A stretch of 63,848 nt of DNA, counting the filler, from Phoronis australis (Eukaryota; Animalia; Phoronida), in NCBI GenBank assembly GCA_002633005.1. It is 5 parts of 5 records of this genome, joined end to end, with 100 filler letters (N's around TTAATTAATTAA, not from the genome) between each part and the next. Parts side by side here need not be neighbours in the genome. Positions count along the whole stretch, not along the records: positions 1 to 29,748 come from NMRA01000876.1; 4 more parts are not named here. The stretch is one strand, 5' to 3'. Below, piece by piece: positions 1 through 11,662 of this stretch (position 1 is the first letter of the stretch; every line of letters starts with the position of its first letter). The notes under the pieces were generated by a model. It saw only the letters and a program-made list of their open reading frames with translations. It was not told where the DNA came from and ran no database searches. A program made the position numbers and the translations under genes.

Positions 1-529
1 TGGCCACCTGTCGAAGACTTGCACCAGGGAAATTAGCAGCAATAAGGCTTAGCGCGACAACGTATTTTGATAAAAATTCCATCTTTTACCAGTTGTTTAC
101 ATGCAGACAGCCACGCATGCGCAATTTAATCACCACTAGTACAGCAGCGACACCGCGAGGAGAATTCTCCGAATAGCCCCATTGTATTTTTCGTAACTGT
201 CGATGCGTGAATTCAGAAATAATCAATTGTTCCTGATAATTAATAAATTAATAAATTTCCGTTTCCTAACCGATTTTCAGACCAAACCTGCTAAGTTTAT
301 GACTCAAACATCTGTCTGCAGACAGATATACGAAAAGATTAATGCTTTATTTATTAAAAACTAACTGTCGGGATAATAAGTGTTTCTTCAACCTCGTGTA
401 ATGCATCTTTATTCTTTCTACATAAAAGACCACTGGCCCATAGTACACACCAATAATATATATACGGAAACACAATGATGCATGAAAAAGGAAGAATCCA
501 TAACAATCAGAATACTGCAGCATTTAGAC

Positions 530-1180
530 ACTAGCTCTTATGAGAAAAGCTTTCCTGATAATTTTTTGACAGATTAACCAAGAAGGTACAGTACTTCAAA
601 ACGTTTTTCGTGTAACTTAAAAAGGATTTAGCGTCGGATTGTATCAGTTGTGGAGTAAATTGGATCCTCAAGTGATCATTGTGTTAAAATGTGAAGTTCC
701 ATACAAATTAAATTTCTTGCAATGTTTGCATAATCCTAATTCTCTATCTACTCTTTCTCGCGCCACCTCGACTTCAAGAGTATGAGAACAACGTATTTTA
801 GTTATATACCTGCGAATCTCACCACATTTTATAACTTTTAGATACGGAACAACATTCAAGGTCTCATCAATAAGTACACGTTTACTACTATTTCTCAATT
901 TACAATCCCATTCTTGGAAAGTGCAGTCTTTAAAGAATTCCCGCAATGAATTTTCTTTGTTTTGGAGGTTTCAGATAGCTAACATAAAATTAATACTATA
1001 AAATCTAAAACTAAATAAGCACTTAATAGTGTATTAGTTTTAGACATATTTATATCCATTCCAACTCTATCACAGAAATTTTCAACATCTCGAATTTGTT
1101 TTTGTATGTTGTTTAGAGTACTCGAGCTGCTCACTACATCGTCGCCATACAATAAGCATAGAACATCACCTGACTACTGG
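530..1180 (-). mobile_element. Decayed non-LTR retrotransposon (L2/CR1-group LINE) ORF2 fragments: RT core and C-terminal region
   Basis: Minus-strand translation near 1160-1035 gives VLCLLYGDDVVSSSSTLNNIQKQIRDVENFCDRVGMDINMSKT (RT YADD motif region). ORF 668-946 gives QEWDCKLRNSSK...IRRYITKIRCSHTLEVEVARERVDRELGLCKHC, like LINE ORF2 C-termini. Internally deleted; boundaries approximate. Confidence 0.7.
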
Positions 1181-1379
1181 TCTATAAGAACAGAAAATGG
1201 AGAATCCGTGTAAGCCTACTCTCACTAAAAGAACATTACTATGAAAATAAACTACAGGCGTGTAATACACTTAGTCTACCCCACCTCATAGACGTCCTCA
1301 ACTTGCTCTTCATCCATTGGTTCACCCTCTATGTCCCTTTTCACATTTACAAATACCTAAACTTCAAGAATGACCAACT

Positions 1380-2990
1380 TTGCTGAACAGAAGAACCTAT
1401 TGGTTGGCCAACAGAGTATTCCCGGCCCAAAAGAGCTTGTGTATTTGCTCTCACGTCAGTGATTCGAAAGAGACTAAATAAAAAACTCTAAACATTTGTT
1501 GCTTATTGGGATTTTGAAAAAGCGTTTCAAGTGATCTGATCGATAGAGACCTGCTAATGTATAGCCTCCTAAAAATGAATATCACAGGCAACACATATAA
1601 ATCTATAAAACAGTTGATTTTAAACCCGTTGGGATGTGTTCACTTGCAAACTAATGTTAATACAGACTGGTCCCCTTTAGAGATGGGAATGAGAAACAGC
1701 GATTGTCAAAGCCTAGTACTGTTTTCCCTATTTTTAAATGATCTTGCAGTGACACGACAACTTAGCACCAGGAGTTAATATTGGCAGCTACATATTGTGT
1801 ACAATCCTGTATGCTGATGGCACAGCGCTCATTAGCGATACAGAACACAATACTCAGATTATGCTGGATACTTTGCACCAGTGATGCACCAAGCGGAGAA
1901 TGACAATAATTAATTAGCATAGTAAATGCGATACAATACAAAATAGCCATCAACGCTGTCCATAGGTTTGCGCCAAATGTAGCCGTTCATGGCGACATGG
2001 CCTGGCATGATTCCGCTGTCTTGGAAAGGAAAATTCAAATGATCAGATTCTGGAATAGATTAGTCAGAATGGAGGATACCAGATACTTGCACTAAACACT
2101 ATTGATACCAAAGTTATTAAGGTGGTTTTTCTTTGGGATTATGGGTTGAAACAAAAACAAATTGTCTTCAGGTTTAAAACGCATTCTTTGTACAGACCTG
2201 CAAGCTGAAAACGCTAATTTGAATATACATGTATGCTCTTTTGATAATAGCGTGTAATATTCTGCAAAGTCAGCTGGCCGAAACGTATTTAGATCACATC
2301 CAATCGGAGCCCAAATTAAGAACGCTAAAAAGTTTGTAAAATGATTTTGAGTCAGAACTGTACATTAATCTTCCCTTGAACGATATCTACGATGATTTGG
2401 TGTTCAGTTTCTCTGCGGCCCAATCCTTTCCATCGGAGTAGAAACGGGACGCTTCATACGTTTGTCTTTGCAGGACAGAATCTGTGGGATATGTCACCCA
2501 GTTAAAGTTGAGGATGAATTTCATTTTTTGTTTCATTGCTTTGTATATGACAATATTTGAAAAAAAATGTTTGATGCTTTTCACACTACATTTAGCCTAG
2601 ATCCCAAATCGTTCTTAAACAGTGAAAGTTAATGTCTCTTGTTTTCTAATGAAAGTACAATACGTTCTAAATATCTCAGGGATGCCTTTTCAATCCGGAA
2701 AATAAATGTGTAGTCTACTGTTTCGCAAGTAAATATATCATTTCCTGTTGCTGTTATTTGAGTGGCATGTCTCACAGATTCGCCCATGTTATTATTCATG
2801 TTTTCCCATGTTGTTATTAATTAACGAATTATTGCGTAACTGCTACAGTACTATACACACATATTCTTACATGTTGTTATTAATTAGTTATCGTGTAATT
2901 GCTACAGCATTGTAAACCTCATCAAGGTAGGGTGCCTCTTAGGCACTATACTTAAAATATAGATTTATTCATTCATTCATTCATTCCTAA
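1380..2990 (+). mobile_element. Decayed L2/CR1-group LINE (RT to 3' end) with (CATT)n tail
   Basis: Frame-broken RT motifs: WDFEKAF..IDRDLLMYSLLK (1505-1575), LFSLFLNDL (~1720), ILYADG (~1805), IRFWNRLVRMEDTR (~2040), VETGRF / DRICGIC / VEDEFHFLFHC (2435-2540). Short (ATTC)n tail at ~2966-2986. Confidence 0.75.
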
Positions 2991-3661
2991 ACGGAGTCAC
3001 CATTAGAATCCATATCTGCACCAATACCGCCATGCCAGTTGCTTCTCTAAGACTTTCGTTGGGCATTCGTATGTCAATCCTGCAGTGTACCAGAGCAAGC
3101 TTCACAGCGAGTAATGGCTGTTGGATTTGGTCACATGACGTACATGTACACTTTCTGTAACCCTTTGGTGCGTACTCTTTATCACCATGAACGATGCCGT
3201 GAAGCTGAAGCCTTCCCGGGTTTTTTTCTTGTAATGCTTTTTAACGACAACGTCCAGAGGCGGAAGAAAGCGCGTGGTCTATGCAAGAGTTAACGTTGCC
3301 TGTATGTCAAGCTTGTGTAAGGTGTTAGTTTGACATCTTTGTGCATCCCGGTTGATTAAACAAACGCCGATTAATGTCAAGCAAATTGATTTGTTTCCAT
3401 TCATAAACTATCAAGCAAAGAAAAACTACACCATATTTTAAAACTCGGATTCTATTAGAGAATGCAGCATTTTCCATAACCCCAAGTAGCCTGTTTACTA
3501 CCGAATGGGAACAGTGCTCCTCGTAGCAATAGCTCAGTATCAGACTAGAATTTTAAATATTTGTGTACATTGCGAAACATTATAGGTCCTAAAATTCTGA
3601 TGAAGGTTTCGTCTTGAGCAGTCGTTACAGTGATTGTCCGTGACTGCTTTAGCAGTCAATA

Positions 3662-3994
3662 TCACTCGGAGTATTGAGGTCTCTTGAGTAGCATTACCAG
3701 ACTAATTACGACGGTGATAATCACCGACAATACCAGGAACAGTCTATCGAAAACCATGGCCACTGTCTTCCAGTCAGTATCAATTTCATCTTGCGTCTCT
3801 CTGTCTTTGGCTTGGGTCTCAAACATTTCAAGAAGTGCACCCAGTTTGCTGGACATTTCGTGTAAAACTGGATTATCGAACAGGTGAACTTTCCGGTCGA
3901 TCTCTCGAGTATTGTTCTTAGACGGGAACTTCTCGTCTTGTTTATTATTGTTCATCCCAGTCAATTCTATCGTGGTGAAATTTTTTTCCTGGGC
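3662..3994 (-). CDS. nAChR exon 9 (end of intracellular loop, MA helix, M4, stop)
   Basis: Strong acceptor ttgtttttacttcacttAG|GCC CAG; phase 0; AQEKNFTT...[41 protein letters not shown]. Confidence 0.88.
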   Translation of the reverse strand, partial: AQEKNFTTIELTGMNNNKQDEKFPSKNNTREIDRKVHLFDNPVLHEMSSKLGALLEMFETQAKDRETQDEIDTDWKTVAMVFDRLFLVLSVIITVVISLVMLLKRPQYSE

Positions 3995-6900
3995 CTAAGT
4001 GAAGTAAAAACAAGATGGAAAATGTTAGTGATGATTGACGAGATCACTGCCCGTCTATACATTGTATTCATCTTCAACACAATGTCACACCATTCAAACA
4101 ACAATCGAGGAAAACTTTCAAAAATAACCGAGCACCCACCACGATTTTTCGTATTCCCTTCTGACGCACCATGCGTGGGAACCTGATATGATATATGGCA
4201 CGACATAGGGTAGGATGCAAACACGAACAAATTTACTGTTTAAACGGTATATCTCCGTAACTTAGAAAACTGCATATAGGGGTTCGTCGTGAATGTTAAT
4301 TGGATTGTGTGTCTAAGTGCTTCCCATGCCTGTTAGTGCCTGAGGGCCTTCTGCACCACAACAAGTTTCGGTTTACCACTCGGCCAAGAATGGCCAAGAC
4401 CTACTAACGACGGGAACCTTGCGGCTACACCGCCCAGCTTGCGCGCAACTGATACAAATGGTCGATAAACACTTTTCGGGCCTTGGAAATTTTTCAAAGA
4501 CCCAGTTTTGAAATTGACAACAATGGCCAATAAATGGTGTATTTCTCGGGACTTAAAATGTCCTGAATTCCACATTTCTAAACCTCTTCCGTCGCCCAAG
4601 ATGATCTGAAAACGACAGCAATGGCCGATAATTACTGTGCATTTCTCAGGACAAAATTATAAAGACCCAATTCTGAAACCGACAACAACTGTCAGTAAAC
4701 GGAACATTTTTAGGGAATTAAAAATTCTAAGGGCCAACTTCCGTTTGAGCAAGACCTTTCTCTGAAAGAGACTACAATGGCCGATAAATGTTGCATTTTA
4801 AGGGACGTTCATAGGCTTCAGTAATTATATGCGGCGTAATTTTACGGCGACACTCCCCCCATGGTTGGGCCATGGTTGCCCAAAGCAAAACATTGAAAAA
4901 GGGCCTCCACAACGCAATGTTTCTTCCAACAGGTTTAGAGCCATTCACAAGACACACGTAGATTGTGAATATCAACTTGGTGGATACTACGTCCGACCTA
5001 TACTGAGCGAACAAAACAAAGAAACAAACACTAAAAACTAAATATTGTCTGGTGAAAGTAGCCACGAATTCAAACCAAGTATTTTAATTTCGTACATCTC
5101 AGGGCCCACTGACTAAAAGTCCTCTTTTTATTTTTGGTGATTGGATGGCACCTTGGCGCCTCTGCTCTATATTGGAGCCGCAGGCAACTGCCACCGACCC
5201 CATTCCTTTAAATACTGACCCTGTTAAAGAGAACTCTACTCTCCTCTGCATTTTTCCGCTCTTTCCGCTCGTCCCTGCACGTCAAGTGGAAGCAGAGAAG
5301 CCTAGCGAATACTCTGAGTACTAGAATCCTTATCCATCCAGGTACCGATCGTCCTGTTCCGCCCTTATAATGAAATTGCAGAACCACAACTGACAGAATC
5401 GTCGACATGGCCAACATCATCGTCATGGCGGCAAAGAACTCTCCTGGAACACCAATATTTATATATTAGGCTTTACACAACTTTTCTACGACAGTACGAC
5501 CCCGTCACGTACCATTACGTGTTGACCACGTTCACGACGGAATATCAAATTGTTTCCATGGCGGGAACCTTTTAGTTTTAAACTTAGGAGTGCCTGCGTT
5601 TATCGAGGAGCCTTCTGAGCGAAGTTGTAATCGAGATTTTCAATCCTCTTTCACTTACATGTAGTCGAAATGGAGTCCGAAGAAACCATGAACAAGAGGG
5701 TTAACCCGTGTAAACACAGCTTTAATTGTGCAGAAGTCAAAGACGCATAATACCGGTAAATAAAGCCCCCTTCTTTTAATTACCTGTTGAAAGGCCAAAC
5801 ATTGAATTTACGGAGCAAAATGCATGACACCAACAGTTTGTTTACTCAAGTCCCTTATTTGTCAGTGTTGTTTTCGGACTGCAGAAACCACGTTTTTGTG
5901 CTTTTCTTGACGTTAGTGCCGTCCACATACTCTCATGCCAAATGACGTCCTATGAAGGTCGCAAGGTATTGTTTAATTTGCGAGATCCATGCGACGGGGG
6001 TATCCGCGAGCGTGCGACCCAGTTTCCCTAGTTTCTCCTGGAACGAGTTGTCGCTAGGTTTAGAAGCTGCGTGGACGCTGTTTAAACTAGCACAACTTAT
6101 CCCACTTGTGACAACTTGTCAAGGAACTTGTTCAAGGGTAACTTGCGCCACTTCTACTTCCGGTGTGGTTGCAAACCTAGGGCAAGGCGGAAGTAAGTAT
6201 AAGCTACGGTTAAATACAGACCGGTCTTCTTTTACCCTCCGTATTCACATTAGCTATTCATGGTCAGGCACAGTCCGACAACTCCCGCCTTACCCCTAGT
6301 TATCATATGTGTGTGCGGGCGTTCCACTTAAAAGTGGGTTAAGTTGCACTAGTGGACGGGACTGTAGTGACATGCACTATGGAGTTCAAATGTTGATTAC
6401 GGCATAGTTCGTAACGCTCAGTTAACTCAGAACCAGCTTGTGAATCAGACTTACAGGCGATAGGGATGAAACTTCATTGCCTGGAAACAACCTGAGACTC
6501 CAGTGTAAGCGAGATAAACATATCTGCTACTTGGGCACGCTCACCAACATCCGTAAAACATCCAACCCTAAGCTCAATATACTTGTTTTAAAATTCCCAA
6601 AATAGAACCCGTAATTAAGACAAAACATAAACAATAATAGGCAAGAGGTCATCTGCCCAGTATCACTAGTACGCATGCTCATTCGATATATTATTTGACA
6701 ATTCCATATAGGGTCGATTCCATTGACGTCACTGAGTATAGCGCCTTAAACTTGGCGGTATCGCCAAAACAGTTGCATGTATTCACAAATATGGTTTGTA
6801 GAGGGATTTGCTGCACAAGAGCTAAGCTTTCTATTTTAAACGATAGCGTCAAAAAGAAACTGAAGAATATTGTATTGAATGAGCCTATTATGACATCGGT

Positions 6901-9900
6901 GGTGTGCATGAAACTTATATTTGGATACTTATTTCAGTTGTCAACACTGCATATCCTTACATTGTCAACTGTAGTATAACTGCTGGCCTCCACCGACGTC
7001 AATTTATTGATGTAAAGTCAACAAAAATATGACATGTAAGCTAACTAAACCTAATCAACGCGTAGTCGCAAGAAGGCTTTCGAAAATAGCAGTTGGCACC
7101 ATAGTGCTTCACCTTCTCTCCAGCTTCTGGAGGTAAATAAAGCGTCAGCAACCCAAAGACGGTAATCAGAATAGCTGGTAAACCCCAAAGTAAGATAGGT
7201 ATCAGATGAAATTAAAAATGCAACCATAATCGTGTTCAATGCAAGTCTTAACGTTATAAGAGGTGCTAATTCTTTCAAGCATACCCACGCACTAACACCG
7301 ATGTAGTATTGACTCTCCTGATCGTAGAACTAGTTTTCAAGAAATTGGCCAAAGCAGTCGTGGTAGATAATGGGCTTGCAATAAAGAAAAATAAAATTTC
7401 CACTGGCGCCACTGCACCTGTCAAAAGCATTCAATAATGGAGTCCGATTACTCTTAACTGACTGTGCTATACAAACTTATTTGGAAAGACGATTCCGTTA
7501 GAAGCTTGGCTGATAATCATAAGAGGTTTCCGCGGACACCAATTAAAGTGAATACCAAACTAATAGGGGGGACTTTATGTATGTCAGAACATTCCGAAGT
7601 GGCCAAGTGATGCTCTATGCTAGGTGAACATTTTTGCCATAAAAGATCCTCCTTCAAACGCAGTAGAAATTGTGGTAAACGTGAAAAAGCTAAAGCTGCT
7701 ATTAGACGACAGAAGTCGAAAATGTCTAAAATCAACATGTCTGTCAATAAAAAATCTTCATTAAATTTTGTAACCATTCTTCAAACCGTTTAATCGAGAC
7801 ATCCGTTTTGAAAACCGAAAACAAAATACCATGTATCATTAGGGCTCACACGAATAGGGGCGTCGTGCGAAATTGGGCAGGTGCATCACAGAAAAACAAA
7901 TGAAAGATTTCTCGAAGTTCCACCAAGGGACTTGGCAGGCCGAAGTAGACGCAAAAAGGTAAATTTGCCACAAGGTTGCACAGGAGTGGTTGGAATCGTC
8001 CATTAGTCAGCGAGCTTATGTTAAAGAAGCATACCACCCAAAACAACCAATTTTGTATCAATTTAGATCGAGTAGGTCTACTCGATAACGGCACGTTCGG
8101 TTACGTTACCTGACACCTGACGGCAGACGGAAGTGTTGAAATTATCCAATGACGTCATTGGTTTCACACGCAGTCTGTTCATCGTTTCACACCAATAAAT
8201 CATCAAACTTTGACGTAAAACACTTAAAAATACACCGAGTTCTTATAAAAACGTGTCGTTTTATTTCGCTGTTACGGATTTATTGGTATTTGGACACACC
8301 GTAGCCTACAAACGGTTCGGCAGGCCAATTTACCAAGGTCCGTAGCAGGAGTTTGGGGTCTGTTTGGAGATAAATTTGAAGTATTCTTCCGTGAAATACA
8401 AACAGGAGAACTTAGATCTGTGTTGTTTAGACTTGTGATTTTTTGAGTTCTAAACACACAAAACGCTTGTTATCCCGGCCAGTGGCTCGGAACCCGATCA
8501 GGCCCGTCGCGGCCGGACTGAAGACATCACGAACATAAACCAGCCAAAGTTGGAAACTAAACTTCCAGTCAAGAAAACACTATACTAGTGAGCCAAAGAA
8601 GTAACACGTGATTATAATGGTAAATTAACCACGAAACTGCAAATCCACTTACTCGTCGGGGACCGCGAATTCAGGTTCCCATTTGGCCACAGAACCGTCA
8701 GGGCAAAAGTAGTACATTGACAATCATTATTTGAGTAATTTAAATGTAAATAAAGATTCCCTTAACACCTGGCCGTGGGATAGAAAATCGAGCTATTATT
8801 TCACTACAGTTAGCAAACACTGATTTAGCATGCGCTCACACGGCCTCGGTGTCCGGTCAATTAGTTTTATTGCACCTAAAGCCGGTGACGCAGTGATTTA
8901 CTCATTGCTGGCTTCTCAAATCATTGCACTCACGAACACTCCAAAGGCATTACAAATTGCAACTAATGAGACATACTTTGTTTCAGTTTTATTTAAGTAA
9001 TGGTTAGGGTGAGAAAAATATATTTTGGAAACGAACGCTCAGTAATAGACATCAACATGGCAACTCACAATTCCGAGTTAGACAAGAGCTCACCCGACGA
9101 AGACTTCGCAGGTGGATCGTTCAGTTTCACAGGCTGTCAGTTCGAACCGGAATACAGAGAGGAAAAAATACCAGAGAGGCGCCGTGAAGAAGCTCAGGCA
9201 ACGGGACATGTGGATAGTTAGTTGGTAAGCCGGCATTCGTCAGACTGACTGTCGACGACTGCAGGCCACAGACACGGAGATGTTTCACGGCCTCATACTT
9301 GCTATGCACGGCGTACTTTTCATTCTTCACTACCGCGAGCCACTTCCTAAGCATTTCGGACGCTCGAGGAAATCTAAAAAGATATACCCGCTTTCCTTGC
9401 AGCTGCATAGTTCGGACAAGCGGGAACGATGCACCGCAACATAGCGACATTCACTTTGCAAATGAACCACTGACGTCGCAGCGTCGTCTCTCACCTTCCT
9501 CACAGGTTAACGCGACACCTCTCGGCAAGGTAAGGTTGACCGTATGCGAGGCGATGTGGATATAGACCGATTGAGACGGTAAAAAAGACTAATTAAATCG
9601 GTGGCATTCTCCATTAACATGAACCCAACAACCAAAATCCATCACTTTTAAAGAAGTTGGTAGATGTTGATGAAGGCGGAAAATGCCACTAGAGAGCGTA
9701 GCAGTAATTGGGTCATTTGGTGGTACAGCAATGGTGGCATACATGCACGTCCGAAAGTCAACGTCATCTGTCATATGCTTCATAGAAACAAACCTGTCAA
9801 ATTTCGTCAATTTCATAGAATATACAGCATCAGACACCGGACGAAGGACGCTCCGACAGAAATGACGACATCATGCACCCACGTGTTTATGTATGTATAT

Positions 9901-11625
9901 ATACCATTCAGTACACAGACATATAAATGACGACTAAGCAAAAAGGTGAAAATGCAAGATAATTATTACCTATTAAAGGTACAGTTAAAGAAGTCGGAGG
10001 AAGGAGTTCGGAGATAAGGAGTAATATCAGGGCCATCGATATCACCATGGTGACACACAGTGACAATTTCTCTCCAGCGTCTGGAGGCAAACAAAACGTC
10101 ATCATGCCAATGAAGGTAATCAGAACTGCTGGCAACACCTGAAATGTAAAAACATATTTTCAAACGTTCAAGGAGAAATGTAACATAAACATCATTTAAT
10201 AATGGCGTAGTTAAAAAGGTTGGAGAAAAAGTTTTGGCAATAAGCAACGTATTAGGGTAAAAACTTAAAGCCAATTAAATATCCGAGATAATCGGGATGA
10301 AACGTGACAGAACTCAATCGAAGGGATCGGCCGAGCATCGTCACATATATGGATAACTTACTGAACATGTACATCATATAACTGTAAACTTAGAATGCCA
10401 ACTTCTATCTCGTGCAGCTGAGGAGGCCCCGCGCACGCTCCAGTGTTGGTTCTTGCTATGGGGCCTGTTCCAAGAAACTGGCTTACGTTCATTTTGACTT
10501 AGGTCCAAGATTTGTCTCAACTTTGAAACTTCCACATCTGATAATCAAGGCAAAACTTAAGTCAAAAAAATAAGTTAAACTGTCTTTTTTGAAATGGCCT
10601 TGAGACAAATTTAAGCTTTATTATACAAAAGACCGAAATTTATGATTTGTCTTAGCTAAGTCAGTTTTCCTGGAACGGGCCCATGGGGTATAGTGCTTAG
10701 GGTGGATTGTTTGTTTAGTACAAACGAAGTCAGGCTTCAACTGTTGTCCCACAGAACTTCTTCCGAACAAATGTCATCTATATTTTTGGAACATTTCCCG
10801 GTTTCATGGCCCCAAGACATTGTCAAGCCAGTATCATGTGCTTGCGATTCCGCTATTCGTGAATCTGGCAGTGGGTACTAATGGTGAAATGATGGAAGGA
10901 GTAACGCAAAGCCATCTAGGCGTACATGTATTAAGTTAACAGTTTCCTTAAAATATATTCACATGATCATGTACCACCAGAGCTCTAATACCAAAGGCAT
11001 GAACCTAGGACAACTACTGGCAAATACAGGTATGTAATTTAACACCAGGTCAACGGGAAGAATGTCACATTCTTTATGTGGTCACTAAAAAGTTTTGCAA
11101 CTAAGCCGTTTTTCTAGTTGCCGACAAATCGCTGGTTGTCTGGAACCGCTCGACAATTCCATCATTTACAAAAAATAACGAAATAAAATGAAGCAATGAA
11201 ATGTGGCTTCATTTGGAAACCTCATAACTCGATCAAAACTCAGTCGAGCACAGAACCGGATATTCACAGTGCAAACTCTCGCGGCCAATCCGGTGAAACA
11301 TCAGGACGCAATCACTAACAACAGAAAACAGGTCACGTGCGGTAGTTGGCATTCCATGCCTAGATTTCTACACTTAGATGTCGGCAATCTACATCTACGT
11401 GCATTGCCTAGTGACCCGAGGTCTTCCTTGTTCTGTGCTCAGTACAACCGGCTGTTACATACATCCATACCATGTACATGTGAATGAGGGACAGACCTGG
11501 GATTAGGGTGAGTTGATAAACACTTAGTTCAGTGAATGGTATTTTCATTCAAGATGCTACAGACATTCCAATTTTGTGAAGCGAGTCTATCTCTTTCATG
11601 TGAAACGCCGCGCGGACGCGTTTGT

Positions 11626-11662
<37 letters not shown>

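Noticed and set aside
3967-4230. Extra nAChR exon starting at the acceptor-like site at 4182
   Set aside because: Its frame stops before M4 and no phase-compatible donor was found. The acceptor at 3994 has a better pyrimidine tract and restores the frame.
7050-7780. Possible decayed THAP/DDE transposase on the minus strand (FSRLP...W...CSDIH..VPPI; YYIG)
   Set aside because: Motifs are too degenerate to call without a profile search.
9127-9450. Host THAP-domain gene
   Set aside because: Frameshifted, truncated and enclosed by transposon TIRs and TTAA.
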